The notes beneath the pieces were generated by a model. That model was not told the DNA's origin and made no database searches. It saw nothing but the letters and a program-made list of their open reading frames with translations. Positions 12,063 through 25,712 of a stretch of 64,000 bases of DNA are shown one piece after another. Location of the stretch: contig NC_042997.1 in assembly GCF_006345805.1 (NCBI RefSeq), positions 53,444,001 through 53,508,000 on the forward strand. The letters are read 5' to 3'. The DNA is from Octopus sinensis. Its lineage: Eukaryota. Within the stretch, counting starts at the first letter, position 1, and every line of letters begins with the position of its first letter. The translations under genes were made by a program, and so were the position numbers.

Positions 12063-13717
12063 ATCAGTCTCTAACAAAATAAACTTGAATAAGTTTACTT
12101 GAGGCAAGGGAGTTAAAACTAAAGCCATTAAGGGCAACAAATTTTGCAATTTTTCTTCAATAGATTTTGAAATAAGAAAATTAAGTTAAAGATTTTTGTC
12201 TTTTTGCTTCATTCTCATTCATAAAATCAATGGCACTAAATTTATGTACTAACAGCTCAGTAATTCAATCACCACAGCACTTCAGTAATTTTTACTCTTT
12301 AATCAGCTTCCTCTTCAGTGTCATCTTTTCTTTTTAAAATAGTTTCAGATGTTTGACTTTTGTGACATTGTATAAAAAACATGATATGTTTATTATGCAA
12401 TATGCAATCCAAAAAGAAATTATTGAAATATTATCATTCTAATTGAATATTACATCTAATACAATACGGACAGAAAAAGCAAACTGGAAATATAAAACAT
12501 TAAAACATTAAATGTTAGAAGCAATTCACTTGTTATTATACTTAGTTTATAATGCATTATATTAAAATGGATTTGTGATTTTAAAATATGTTTTAATTAA
12601 AAAATTAGCATTACGTTTCTCCCACTGTTGCTAAGGAGATAAATAACTTTAGTGATCTCAGGCAACATCTAAGAATTAAGCATGTTGCTTGAACAGATAT
12701 TGAAGTTTGAAACTCGTTGTGGGTTGAAAGTGTTTTTAGGAAACCTAATATTATTGGGAAAAGATACTCTCCTCCAGAATTCTCACTGTTTATGTTGTTT
12801 CTGTTCATTCAGGGTAACATGACTATTATAGTGTGTTGAAGAGAGGGTAATTACAGAGAGTGGAATAAGGGGGGGGGAGAGGGAGAAGGAAGGCACACTG
12901 GACGAGAGGAAAGAAATAGGAAAGATATTGCATACAGAGTGATGAGAAATAGTAAAAGAAAGGTGTTTGCAGGTAATGGAGAGAGAGAGCAATTGGTGAA
13001 TATCTATAGGAATGGTCAGTGTAAGAGAATGCGATGGAGGTCCTCCACATTCAAGACACAAGTCTCACGGCCATGCAGCTTTGTACACAAGCAGTACACA
13101 ATGTCCTTCACTTTTGAGGGAGAAAATTCCTTTGTTGCCAGCAAATTTAATGGCTTCTTGAGCTTTCTACAGCCATTCTTATACTGGCTATTACACTTTT
13201 GAACCCACCCCCATTGCTAGTTAGGTCACCTTAATAACAAAAGCTTTCAACTACTGTTTGGTAGCTGTTCAGGCATTTGAAAGAATCTATTTCCTGAGTG
13301 CTGCTTGTGCTTTTTGTCCTAAAGCACCTGCTGCATATAAAATCTGCCTTCTCTGTTAGCCTACCTATGTGTTTGCAATGAGCATGTTGGAATATTAAAT
13401 TACTGTTGTGTTAACAGTGTTTCAATGAAACACAACACTATTTATACACCAGTAATTTAATATTAGCTGCCAAGAAAGTGTTAAATATGCAAATCAGTCT
13501 ATCCAGTTTACTTTAGCCACTATTATCAATTGGTTTATAAACAGTGGATAGTTAGGAAAGTGCCCAGCTGTTTTTTTTCTGTTCTACCCATGAACATATT
13601 GTGTGTGTAGACCTAATGCATATTTTTTTTGTAATATACAGTGTGCACTAAAAATCTGCTGATATGTTCTATATACATTATATGAATTTATAAACTTTCA
13701 AGAGAATGTGAAATAAT

Positions 13718-13929
13718 TCTTTTTTGGAATATTGACTCTTAAGGCACATCTTCTAAAGCTATTAATAATAGCATGTAAATATTGGGTTGAAAAACTCCTG
13801 ATAGAAAAAGTTGAAGAAAGCCTTGAACTTTATCTATCCCAAAAGGGTATTTTTTTAAACATAATATTTACATGCTATTATTAATAACCTTAAGTGATGT
13901 GCCTTAAGAGCCAATATTCTGAAAAAAGA
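13718..13929. repeat. ~210-bp imperfect palindrome (foldback MITE-like)
   Basis: gaatattgactcttaaggcacatc...tattaataatagcatgtaaatatt pairs with aatatttacatgctattattaata...gatgtgccttaagagccaatattc. The inner gatagaaaaagtt pairs with aactttatctatc. Confidence 0.8.
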
Positions 13930-15049
13930 TGCACACATGCACACACACACACACATTATAAACATTCCTATATGTATATGATTATATACACATTTATAAA
14001 AATGCGTGTGTGTATACTCATCTATCAGCATAGGTGAGACTTGAAGTCCTCTAATCAACTTGTTTTTCACTGTGAAAATGTGTGTGTGTGTGTGCGTGCG
14101 TGTTCGCATGTGTTTATATAATCAGTATGAGGTTAGTTATAACCCAGGAATAAGTCAATGAATTTCTCTCATTGACACTTTTTGTTGACTGACTTACAGA
14201 GGTCTATTGATCAGCACTCCTATTTCTTTCTTTTTCTGTTTTAGACCAGTTACTCTTTTTCAGTGTGAATTGCTCTAGGAAGGGAAGCTAACTTTTACAG
14301 TTCTATCATAGATTTATAAATTTAAAATATGTGTATCTGCATATTTGCACATAAATAAAGACCTACACACAGACAAGCATAAATCTATACCTAATAGAGA
14401 CTTCTATAGGATTGCTTGACTTGCTACAAATAACAACTTACACTTCTTCACATCATACTCTTTAAAAAAAAACCCCAACAAAATGGTCATGGTTGGAGCA
14501 CTTTTGATCTCAGGTTTCCTTAATTGGGACTGGTGATATTGCAAAACAGTAGTAAGAATATCATATCTATAGTGCATATGCACATAGAGACAGAATGTAT
14601 GTACTTCATATTATTATATACATATGGTGATACACATATAAGCATGTGTTTGTATAAGTATATGATAGACATGCATCTTTATATACTTATTTATATATGT
14701 ATATATGTAAACCAGATATTTTATGTATTCATACAAATACATATATACCTGGAAGAGGTTTTTGGGTAGTTTGGTATCTTTGTTATTCTTCTGCAATAAA
14801 TTAGTAATTTTTTTCTTCTTTTTAGTTAAGCGATTTTGTGAAGCTTTGCTAGTGTCGGGTTACAGAGTTGGTTCTTTATTAGCACTAAAAATACTTAGTT
14901 TACGTTGCACTAAAAACAATCAATTTAATTAATTCTAAAATTAATATGATGTATTATTAGTTTTAATACTGTTAACAGATAATGTGATAATGATCTTATG
15001 TTGATTGGTTGTTTTACTTGTTTGCATTTCAGGTGGTTAATAGCAACTG

Positions 15050-15433
15050 ATGTCCTCAGTGGAGGAGGCCAAGCAGCAGTCACAAATCAAGACTGCCCAA
15101 ACTACACCCACTAATCGACCTTCAGATGCAACCAGTGCTGCCAGCAGCTGTGTAGTTGATGACAACTCTGACCTAGTGCCACAGCAGCAGCAGCGGCAGA
15201 AGCGGCAGAAAGCAAAAGCTTCTGCTGATGGTGACAACAGGAAAGCAGAAACTATTGTTGCCATGGAAGCAGGCAGCAACCTTACTGAAAATGTCATTCA
15301 TGTGATTAGCCCTACTGCTGTGGTCGCTGCATCTGTTGACTCTTCAACCAATAGTGCTGTCACAGTTACACCCAGTGTTCACACCATCACTATATCTGGT
15401 AACAATTTGTCAATTCCATTCAGTTCTTCATTG
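15050..15433 (+). CDS. NR2C/Hr78: Orphan nuclear receptor NR2C/NR2D (TR2/TR4/Hr78-like), first coding exon (N-terminal A/B region)
   Basis: Acceptor tttgcatttcAG ends at 15032, ATG at 15050, and 128 open codons (MSSVEEAKQQ...IPFSSSL) end at donor TTG|GTAAGA (GT at 15434), phase 0. Joins the 17175 exon in frame. Confidence 0.8.
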
Positions 15434-17174
15434 GTAAGATATTTTCATGTTTTTTTCCTCCTTTCTTTCATTTCATTGTTATTTTTATCGCTTCAAAAAT
15501 GGAAAAAGAATATTTCAATTCATTCAACTCATCCTCTGCAACTTTTCCCCCTGGGATATATGTTTTGTGACATACATTTGTTACACTCTTCTGCCTTTGT
15601 TACACATATGTATTTCACTCCTTTTCTTTTTTCTTTTTTTACACATGTTTGTCAGGAATTACTAATCACTGGGTTATGCATCCAATTTGGATTCATTCGG
15701 AGTATTGTTGATGCTTTAAACAAACATTGTTATCAGTGTTGTTTATTTTAGTGTTTCTCCTAATTCCATGTGTGACATTAATGGCTACATTTATAGCATT
15801 AAAACAAATTGACATTACCCAGCAGTTTTAACTCTGATTTTTGCTCACACTTACAAATAATCCAAAAACATACACACACATACATACATGCAACGTGCGT
15901 ACACACACACACACACACACGTTGACTGGGTCAGGGTGTTAGGCTGGGGAGGTTAGGTCGGGTGAAACATCAACATACATTTCACTTATGCAAATGTTGC
16001 CTGAAGTTTATTGATTACTATATACCCATTGCTATGAAGAACAAATATGCAAGCCTTCTTCGTTTAATGAGTTAAATATAGTTGTTGTAGGGATGTTAAA
16101 CAAGCTCCATGGGGGTTTGTTTATTTTTTTCATTTAGTCACTCTCTCTTTCTCTTTCTCTTCCATCTCACTCCTGCTCTCTCTCTCTCATACAACTCTTT
16201 CCAATGGAAGGATTTTTCCATTATTTTGGAAGTCTTCATTGGCACTTTCATTCTCAGTTCTGCAATAATCAACAGCTGTTAATTTTGGCATATTTTAAAT
16301 GCTTTTTCTCATTGTATTTTACTTAATTATCCTTTAAAAAAACAAGAAAAACTTAACTGTGTCTGTGATTCCTTTTATTTAATCATTTAGAATAGAAGAG
16401 CTCTTTTTTTTTTTTAAAAAAAATAAAAAACTTTTGCCTTAGTATTAGTAGATATTAACAACACAACGTCTGTAAGGTTAATAGTCTCAATTTGGCGACA
16501 TTGTACTATTATAGGAAAGTTTGGCAATTAGTAACTAAATATTTGCAAATAATCTTAAGATAATTAATAGTAAGCCGATTGAGAAAATTAGTAATACATC
16601 TTGATGGTAATTGCTAATTTGCCACATAGCTTGATTATTTCATTAATTTACTTTTTGTTTACTTTTAACCTCAGCAAAATATTGCAATTATTTTTTTCAC
16701 ATTAAAAAGTATAAGAGTATTTAAAAAATAACTATTATGATAAGTGTTAGCATGCGACTTAGCTGTATGTATACTTGCATACATGCATACATATGTATGT
16801 ATATACATGTATACAAAAGATTAACTTGACTATATTAGTAGAATATTTTTTAATTGTTATTTTTTACTTTTTTTTAATATTCTGTTTTTATTTAGCAATA
16901 TATTTTTACTGGAATAAAAGAAAAAATAAAACATTAAAAATATAAAAGATTGAGTTATTGTTTTTTCTCAATAATTTGATTTCTTATATAATTTTTTTTT
17001 TTTGTTTTGTTTTGTCCTGTAAAAAATATGTTGCTAAATAAAAACAGAATTTGACTAATTATTCATTAAAGTATTGTTTATAAGTTTACCGTTTTCAAAT
17101 TTCTAAAGCATGCTTTTGCAAAAGCATCATGGAAATATTGGGATCAATTTAACCATGTCTGTTACTTATTGCAG

Positions 17175-17318
17175 GCCTCCTCCACCCCCAATGGTACCCA
17201 TATGGTTATGTCTCAAGAAATAGCTGCAAAATTGAAGGATAGCACACTTCCTGCTGGCCAGATTGTACAGGTGCCTGCAGCCGCTGTAACTGGTGTAGAT
17301 TGGGCTAACAAGCTTAAG
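17175..17318 (+). CDS. NR2C/Hr78: NR2C/NR2D nuclear receptor, second coding exon
   Basis: Acceptor ttattgcAG at 17174, then 144 nt open (ASSTPNGTHMVMSQEIAAKLKDSTLPAGQIVQVPAAAVTGVDWANKLK) and donor AAG|GTGGGT. Phase 0/0 fits both neighbours. Too short for the ORF track. Confidence 0.8.
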
Positions 17319-17597
17319 GTGGGTTATTTCACTTAAGAATCCTCTTCATCCAGCCTTTGGTTTCTAGGAAAGCAATGTCACTTACTATGTTTAAATTTTA
17401 CACAGGATATTACTAAGTCATGTATATACAAACTTGTGCCACAAGATTGGCCATATTATTTATTAGACTTTGAATCAAAGCTTTAACAATTTACAGATTT
17501 TTACCTAAATGATGGGGAAATTTATCTGCATGTTTATTTTCTAGATGGGAGTTGTAATATGAAACTACTCCAGGTAGCCAATGGCTGTACTTATAAA

Positions 17598-17987
17598 TCT
17601 ATATATATAAAGCTGAATTTGTCTGTGTATGGCAGGTTTAGTAGCCTTCAACTAACACTCTCTCCTTCGAGACCCTGCGGCGCAAGTTGACCAAAATTAA
17701 GCGTATGATAGAAGAAGGCTTGCTCTTCATTCCCTAGAAGATAAAATTCAAATCGGACCATGTTAAGACCAAAATTTATTTACATCAAAATGGTGCTTTT
17801 TTTCTATGAAAATCCCCATTTTTTACGATTTTTTGACTGCTGTGTCGCCATTTTTCGGTATATTTCAACCAGAAAAATGTTCACTTAAAGAGAATAACAA
17901 GCTACATAATGCAAAATTTTTACTTTTCAAAAATTCCAATTCTGAAGGGTCGAAACAAACCCGAGCAACACCGGGCGATACTGCTAG
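17598..17987 (+). mobile_element. Non-autonomous Helitron
   Basis: A|TC 5' end (TCtatatatataaagctga), subterminal hairpin cccgagcaacaccggg, CTAG|T 3' end, no TSD. Confidence 0.85.
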
Positions 17988-18639
17988 TGTATGAATAAAA
18001 TTAACAATCAGCATTATAATGTAATAATTCTAAAAACTTAATTCTAAATATTTTCAATAGAACACTTTCTTAACCTTAAACTAAGTATTTGTTTAAACAT
18101 TCTTAATAGTTAATTACCAAATCTATTCCATTTTATATGAAATAATTTCATTTTCTGTCATTGCCTTAAAGGGCAAAAATTAAGATTAAACATTTTTTAA
18201 AATTATAAAATCATTGTTAAAATTAAAGTAAACTATATTAGATTCTATGCAGCTATTTCTTTAACTACTAAACTAGGTAAATTTTACATTTTATCTCTGT
18301 TTTATTTTTTAAAAAGAAAAATTTAGAAAAAGCATTAACATTTTGTAGTTACATTTAAGTCTATTTATCATTGCTAGCATGGGTTAGAAAATATATTATT
18401 GAGATATTGTTTTACAACTGGATGTCTTTCCTGTCACTAACACTTACCTGTTTTCCGTATAGGGATCACCTATTTCATATCTTCAAATATACAAAATCAG
18501 GGGCAAAGAAAATAATGCCACTGCTTGTGGCTCAGTGATTTTCAGAAGAGTGAAAATATAATGAAATACACAGATACACATGTGTGATACAGATTCATAC
18601 ACATCTATATACATGCATAATAAATGAAAAATGTATGGT

Positions 18640-18790
18640 CATCATCATCATCATCATCGTTTAACGTCCGTTCTCTATGCTAGCATGGGTTGGACGGTTC
18701 GACCGGGGATCTGGGAAGCCAGGAGGCTGCACCAGGCTCCAGTCTGATCTGGCAGTGTTTCTGCAGCTGGATGTCCTTCCTAACGCCAGG
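18640..18790 (-). mobile_element. RTE LINE 3' end
   Basis: (ATC)n followed by gtttaacgtccgttct...ggatgtccttcctaacgcca. Confidence 0.85.
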
Positions 18791-19324
18791 TTACCCTTCC
18801 TAACGCCAAGCCCTTCCTAATAAACAAATGACATAATGTATAATGAGTGTACAACCAGACAGGAGTCAAACACAGAAGGCCCCTAATATTTCATCAGTTA
18901 TCAACCAATTGGTAATACTCAGTTTCGCATAATACACAACAAATTTGTGCAAACATATATCTATATGTGGATGTGTGTGTGTGCATGTACATATAAGTGG
19001 AAGTAGATTGTGCTAGGAATGTGACAAATTACTATATAAGATTGCAACTTTGAATAGCATCCAAATTAAACTCCCACCGCTATGTTAACTGGCAGAGGAA
19101 CATGCATGCTGTATAAGGTTATTACATAGTATAAAGAGCACATGTAGTATGACAGAAAAACAGAAAACAAATTTTATTTATTACATATCCATTATAGTTG
19201 TTTCAACTTATCAAGATCAATGAATAATTACAAATTACAACTTATAACTGACTAAATGGATCATGGATTGCATCTTCAGATAGTGCGGTTCCCCAGCATT
19301 GGCTGCAGCCTCAAGGCTGAAACA

Positions 19325-19468
19325 TATGGCGTTAGGAAGGGCATCCAGCTGTAGAAACACTGCCAGATCAGACTGGGCCTGGTGCAGCCTTCTGGCTTCC
19401 CAGACCCCAATTGAACCGTCCAACCCATGCCAGCATGGAAAGTGGACGTTAACTGATGATGATGATGA
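19325..19468 (+). mobile_element. RTE LINE 3' end
   Basis: ggcgttaggaagggcatccagc...ggacgttaact(GAT)n. Confidence 0.85.
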
Positions 19469-19492
19469 TATATATATCTTATATATATATAT

Positions 19493-19659
19493 AGGCATGA
19501 CTGTGTGGTAAGTAGCTTGCTTACCAACCACATGGTTTCGGGTTCAGTCCCACTCTGTGGCACTTTGGTCAAGTGTCTTCTACTATAGCCTGGGGCTGAA
19601 AAAAGCCTTGTGAGTGGATTTGGTAGATGGAAACTGAAAGAAGCCTATCATATACATAC

Positions 19660-19692
<33 letters not shown>

Positions 19693-19900
19693 ATGTGTGT
19701 GTGTGTGTATGTGTTTGTCCCCCCACCATCGCTTGACAACAGATGTTGATGTGTTTATGTGTCCGTAACATAGCGGTTCAGCAAAAGGAACCGATAGAAT
19801 AAGTACAAGGCTTACAAAGAATAAGTCTTGGAGTTGATTTATTCAACTAAAAGGTAGTGATCCAGCATGGCCACAGTTAAATGACTGCAACAAGGAAAAG
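19493..19900 (+). mobile_element. tRNA-derived CORE-type SINE (family A), full length
   Basis: Head ggcatgactgtgtggtaag...gggttcagtcccact, CORE-like ctttggtcaagtg, internal TA/TG microsatellite, tail ccagcatggccacagttaaatgact. Confidence 0.85.
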
Positions 19901-19937
19901 AATAACAGAAGAAAATAATATATATATTATATATATA

Positions 19938-21020
19938 TCATCATCATCATCTTCATTGTCGTTTAACATCTGCTTTCCATGCTGGCATAGATTGGACGGT
20001 CTGACTGAGGACTAGTAAGCAAGAGGCTGCACCAGGCTCAATCTAATCTGGCAAAGTTTCTACAACTGGATGCCCTTCCCAATGCCAAACACTCCGAGAG
20101 TGTAGTGGGTGCTTTTACGTGTCACCGGTGCGAGGGCCAGTCAGGCAGCTCTGGCAATGACCACGCTGAAAAGGAGTTTTTTCTCCCCTGCACAGGAGCC
20201 AGTACAGCAGGACAGGCAACAACCATGTTCAAATGTTTTTCATGTGCCACCAGCACATGTGCTGGTAAAGCGACGCTGGCAATGATCACGCTCGAATGGT
20301 GCTTTTCACGTGACATCAGAACAGGAGCCAATCCGTGGCCCTGTCAACAATCATACTCAGATGGGCTTTTAATGTTTCACAGTGCCAATGAGGCGGTACT
20401 GTCATTGGCCACATCAGCAATTTTGATTTTGATTTCACTTGCCTCAGTAGGTCTTCACAAGCAAGGTTTATTGTCCAATGAATGAGGAGTATTCATAAAT
20501 GGGCTGGTTACATCCACTGGCATAAGCCATGGGCTATGGTCTCACTGGGCTTGTCGGGTCTTCTCAAGCACAGGATATCTCCAAAGGTCCTGGTCACTAG
20601 TCATTGCCTCCGATAAGGCCCAATGTTCGAAGGTTGTGCTTCACCACCTCATCCCAGGTTTTCCTGGATCTACCTCTTCCACAGGTTCCCCCAACTGCTA
20701 GGGTGTGACACTTTTTCACACAGCTGTCCTCATTCATTTGCAACACATGAACATACCAGCGCAGTTGTCTCTCTTGCACACCACATCTGATGCTTCTTAA
20801 ATCCAACTTTTCTCTCATGGCGCTTACACTGTGTTGTGTATGCACACTGACATTACACATCCAGCGGAGCATACTCGCTTCATTCCTTGTAAGCTTATGG
20901 ATGTCCTCAGCAGTCATGGCCTATGTTTCACTGCCATGTAGCATGCCTGTTCATAAACATGCATCATAATCTACCTCTCGCTCTGAGCAAGAGGTCTTTT
21001 GTTGCCAGCAGATGTAGGAG
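19938..21020 (-). mobile_element. 5'-truncated RTE LINE (C-terminus plus 3' UTR)
   Basis: ORF 20597-20917 (RNEASMLRWMC...GRGRSRKTWDEVVKH) is homologous to 4683-5255 and is followed by the same 3' UTR and tail. Confidence 0.9.
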
Positions 21021-21034
21021 CATGTATATATATA

Positions 21035-21241
21035 TCTTTTACCTGTTTCAGTCATTTGACTGCAGACATGCTGGAGCACTACCTTTAGTCGAGCAAATCG
21101 ACCCCAGAACTTATTCTTTGTAAGCCTAGTACTTATTCCATCGGTCTCTTTTGCTGAACCGCTAAGTTACGGGGACATAAACACGCCAGCATTGGTTGTC
21201 AAGCAATGCTAAGAGGACAAACACAGGCACACAAACATACG

Positions 21242-21279
<38 letters not shown>

Positions 21280-21437
21280 CGATGGGCTTCTTTGAGTTTC
21301 CGTCTACCAAATCCACTCACAAGGCTTTGGTTGGCCCGAGGCTATAGTGGAAGACACTTGCCCAAGATGCCACACAGTGGGACTGAACCCAGAGCCATAT
21401 GGTTGATAAGCAAGTCACTTACCACACAGCCACTCCT
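21035..21437 (-). mobile_element. tRNA-derived CORE-type SINE (family A)
   Basis: Reverse complement of the 19493-19900 family. Confidence 0.85.
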
Positions 21438-21460
21438 GAACCTATAATATATATATATAT

Positions 21461-21764
21461 TTGCCCCAACAGGTCTTCACAAGCAGAGTTTAGTGTCCAA
21501 TGAAGGAGGTTGGCATGGGTGCCAATCGTCGAATTTGGTTCAATTTCGAATTCAATTTCGATTTATATATATAATATCATCATCATCATCATCATCATCA
21601 TTTCGGAAAACGGACGCTAAATGATGATGATGATATGATGATGATGATATTATATATATAAATCGAAATTGAATTCGAAATTGAACCAAATTCGACGATT
21701 GGCACCCATGCCAACCTTCCTTCATTGGACACTAAACTCTGCTTGTGAAGACCTGTTGGGGCAA
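21461..21764. repeat. Near-perfect 300-bp palindrome (about 143-bp arms, 15-nt loop)
   Basis: ttgccccaacaggtcttcac...catcattt, loop cggaaaacggacgct, then aaatgatg...gtgaagacctgttggggcaa. Confidence 0.92.
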
Positions 21765-22245
21765 GTGAAATCGAAATTGAACCATATTCGATGACTGGCA
21801 CCTGTGCTAGTGTAGCACTAATAGCTCCATCTGAGGAGGATCACTGCCAGAGCAGCTGTCTGGCTTCCATGCTGGTGGCACGTAAAAGGCACCATTTGAG
21901 CGTGATCGTTACCAGCGTCGCCTTACTGGCACTTGTGCTGGTGGTATGTGAACAAAACATTCGAGCGAGGTCGTTGCCAGTGCTGCTGGATTGACTCCTG
22001 TGCAGGTGGCATGTAAAAAACACCATTTGAGCGTGGCCATTACCAGTACCGCCAGGCTGGCCCTCATGCCAGTGGCACGTAAATGCATCCACTACACTCT
22101 CGGAGTGGTTGGCATTAGGAAGGGCATCCAGCTGTAGAAACTCTGCCAGATCAGACTGGAGCCTGGTGCAGCCATCTGGTTCGCCAGTCCTCAGTCAAAT
22201 TGTCCAATCCATGCTAGTATAGAAAGCAGACATTAAATGATGATG
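21660..22245 (+). mobile_element. RTE LINE 3' UTR
   Basis: Homologous to the 3' UTRs at 19938-20480 and 31030-31490. Ends in (GAT)n. Confidence 0.85.
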
Positions 22246-22299
22246 ATGATATTATATATTATATATATAGATGATATATATATATATATTATATGTGTG

Positions 22300-22347
<48 letters not shown>

Positions 22348-22398
22348 GGTATTTATATTTATATACATTTATATATAATATTTATATTCATATACATT

Positions 22399-22436
<38 letters not shown>

Positions 22437-24158
22437 CATTTATATATATATATATTTATATTTATATACATTTATATATATATATATATTTATATTTATA
22501 TACATTTATATATATATATATATTTATATTTATATACATTTATATATATATATATATATATATTTATTTATATACATTTATATATATATATTTATAGTTA
22601 TATACATTTATATATATATATATATATATTTATTTATATACATTTATATTATATATATATATTTATTTATATATACATTTATATATATATATACTATATA
22701 CTATATATATTATATATTTATATACATTTATAATATATATATATATTATATTACATACATTATCTATATATATGTATATATATATATATTATATTTAAAC
22801 TACATTTATATATATATATGAATATTTATTTATATTTATAACCTTTCATATATATATGTGTGTATTTATATTTTTATATACATTATATATATATATTATA
22901 TTTATATTTATATCATTTATTATATATATATATTATAGATATATGTGTGTATATTCATATTTATATAATTTATATTTATATATATTTATGTATATTTATA
23001 TTTATTTATTTATATACATTTATATCTATATATATATCTAATATGTATTATATATATCCGTATTTATAGTTATATTTTCTATTTATATATATTTATGTAT
23101 ATTTATTTATTTATATTTATATACATTTATATATATATCTATTATATATATATATATATCGATATATATATATATGTATATTCATATTTATATATATTTA
23201 CGTATAATTTATATTTATTTATATTTATATATATTTACGTATATTTATTTATATATATTTACGTATATTTATATTTATATATATTTATGTATATTTATAT
23301 ATACATATATATATTTATGTATATTATATATAGATTTAGATTTATGTATATTTATATATATATATATTTATGTATATTTATATATATAGATTTATATATT
23401 TGTATATGTATATTTCTATATATTTGTATATATATATTTATATAGATTTATATTTGTATATATATATATGTATATAGATTTATAGTTATATAGATTTTTT
23501 TATTTATATATTTATATTTATATATATTTATATTATATATATAATATCATACATATATCTATATATATCTATATATATATATCTATATATATATATCTAT
23601 GTATTTATACATATGTATTTCTATTTTATATTTATATATATGTATATAATACATATATATACGTTATCTACCTATATAAAAGAGGAAAAAAACTTGTACA
23701 CTTTGGCTTTGGTAAGGATTCAATGGCACTAGACGTGCTAGGATCGAGCTGAAAATTTACAACCCCTAAGGTGTGGTGTAGTTACGGCCAGAGCAGGTTT
23801 CAAGTCTCTACCTCGATAGCAAAGGCCCAAAACAATGCATTTTCTGCAAGTGAGTGAATCTCATACACCATTGCCTGAGTTGTGTTCACTTTGCATGAAT
23901 GCAACGGAAAAATGGGGCGAAAACAACGTTCAATCTTCAAGTTTTTCGAAAAAAAATATGAGCATATACGTAGAAATATTTCCTGAATCGATTGGAGCAA
24001 GTCTGAATTCTCTAGCTTGAAAAATGCAAATTCTAGCAGTTTTGAGTGTGCCTTTTTAAGGAGTTCCCAGTTGAAAATGGTGTCAAAATATAGCTCAAAA
24101 TGAGAGAATTGATTTGCAGACCAAATCGCCTCAAAAATCGAAGGGGAAGTGCTCTTAA

Positions 24159-24546
24159 TCTAGATATATAAAGCTGAAGTTGTGTGTGTGTGTGTGTGTG
24201 TGTGGAAGGTTTGGTAGCCTTCAGCTAACACTATCTCCTCCGAAACCCTGCTGCGCAAGTTGACCAAAATTGAGAGTATGATAGCAGAAGGCTTGCTCTT
24301 CATTCCGTAGAAGAAAATATTCAAATCGGACCATGTTAAGACCAAAAATTATTTACATCAAAAAGGTGGTATTTTTCTATGAAAATCCCTATTTTTTGAC
24401 TGCTGTGTTGCCATTATTCAGTGTATTTCAACGAGAAAAATGTTCAATTAATGCAAAATTGCTACTAATGCAAAATTTTTACTTTTGAAAATTCCCAATT
24501 CTAAAGGGCTGAAACAAACCGAAGCAATGCCGGGCGATACTGCTAG
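24159..24546 (+). mobile_element. Non-autonomous Helitron, same family as 17598, preceded by a second TC-start segment from 23667
   Basis: A|TCtagatatataaagctga ... gcaatgccgggcgatactgCTAG|T. Confidence 0.85.
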
Positions 24547-24797
24547 TATATATATTTATATTTTTATATATATGTATAATATATATATATTTATATTTAT
24601 ATACATTTATATATATATATATATTATATTTATATACATTTATATATTATATATATATTTATTTATACATTTATATATATATATATATATATTTATTTAT
24701 ATACATTTATATATATATATTATATTTATATACATTTATATATATATATATATTTATTTATATACATTTATATATATATATATATTTATTTATATAC

Positions 24798-24844
<47 letters not shown>

Positions 24845-25005
24845 CATTATATATATAATATATATATTTATAATTACATACATTTATATATATATGTATA
24901 GATTATTATATTTATATTTACATACATTTATATATATAATGAATATTTATTTATATTTATATACATTTATATATATATGTGTGTATATTTATATTTATAT
25001 ACATT

Positions 25006-25037
<32 letters not shown>

Positions 25038-25038
25038 C

Positions 25039-25078
<40 letters not shown>

Positions 25079-25147
25079 ATTCATATTATATATATTTATA
25101 TTTATATATATTTATGTATATTTATATTTATTTATATTATATACATT

Positions 25148-25180
<33 letters not shown>

Positions 25181-25681
25181 ATTCATATTTATATATATTT
25201 ATATTTATATATATTTATGTATATTTATATTTTATATTTATATACATTTATATATATATATATATATATATTATTATATATATATATATATGTATATTCA
25301 TAATTATATATTTTACGTATATTTATATTTATTTATATTTATATATATTACGTATATTATATTTATATATATTTACGTATATTTATATTTATATATATTT
25401 AATGTATTTTATATATACATATATATATTTATGTATATTATATAGATTTAGATTTATGTATATTTATATATATATATTTTATTATATTATATATATAGAT
25501 TTATATATTGTATATGTATATTTATATATTTGTATATATATATTTATATAGATTTATATTTGTATATATATATATGTATATAGATTTATAGTTATAGGAT
25601 TTATATTTATTATATTTATATTTATATTATTTTATATCTATATATATATACATACATATATATAATATATATATATAATTA

Positions 25682-25712
<31 letters not shown>

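Noticed and set aside
15434-15751. Hydrophobic C-terminal half of the 233-aa ORF
   Set aside because: It is read-through into the intron past the strong GTAAGA donor at 15434.
22237-25551. Many long I/Y-rich ORFs
   Set aside because: They are translations of (TA)n low-complexity sequence, not proteins.
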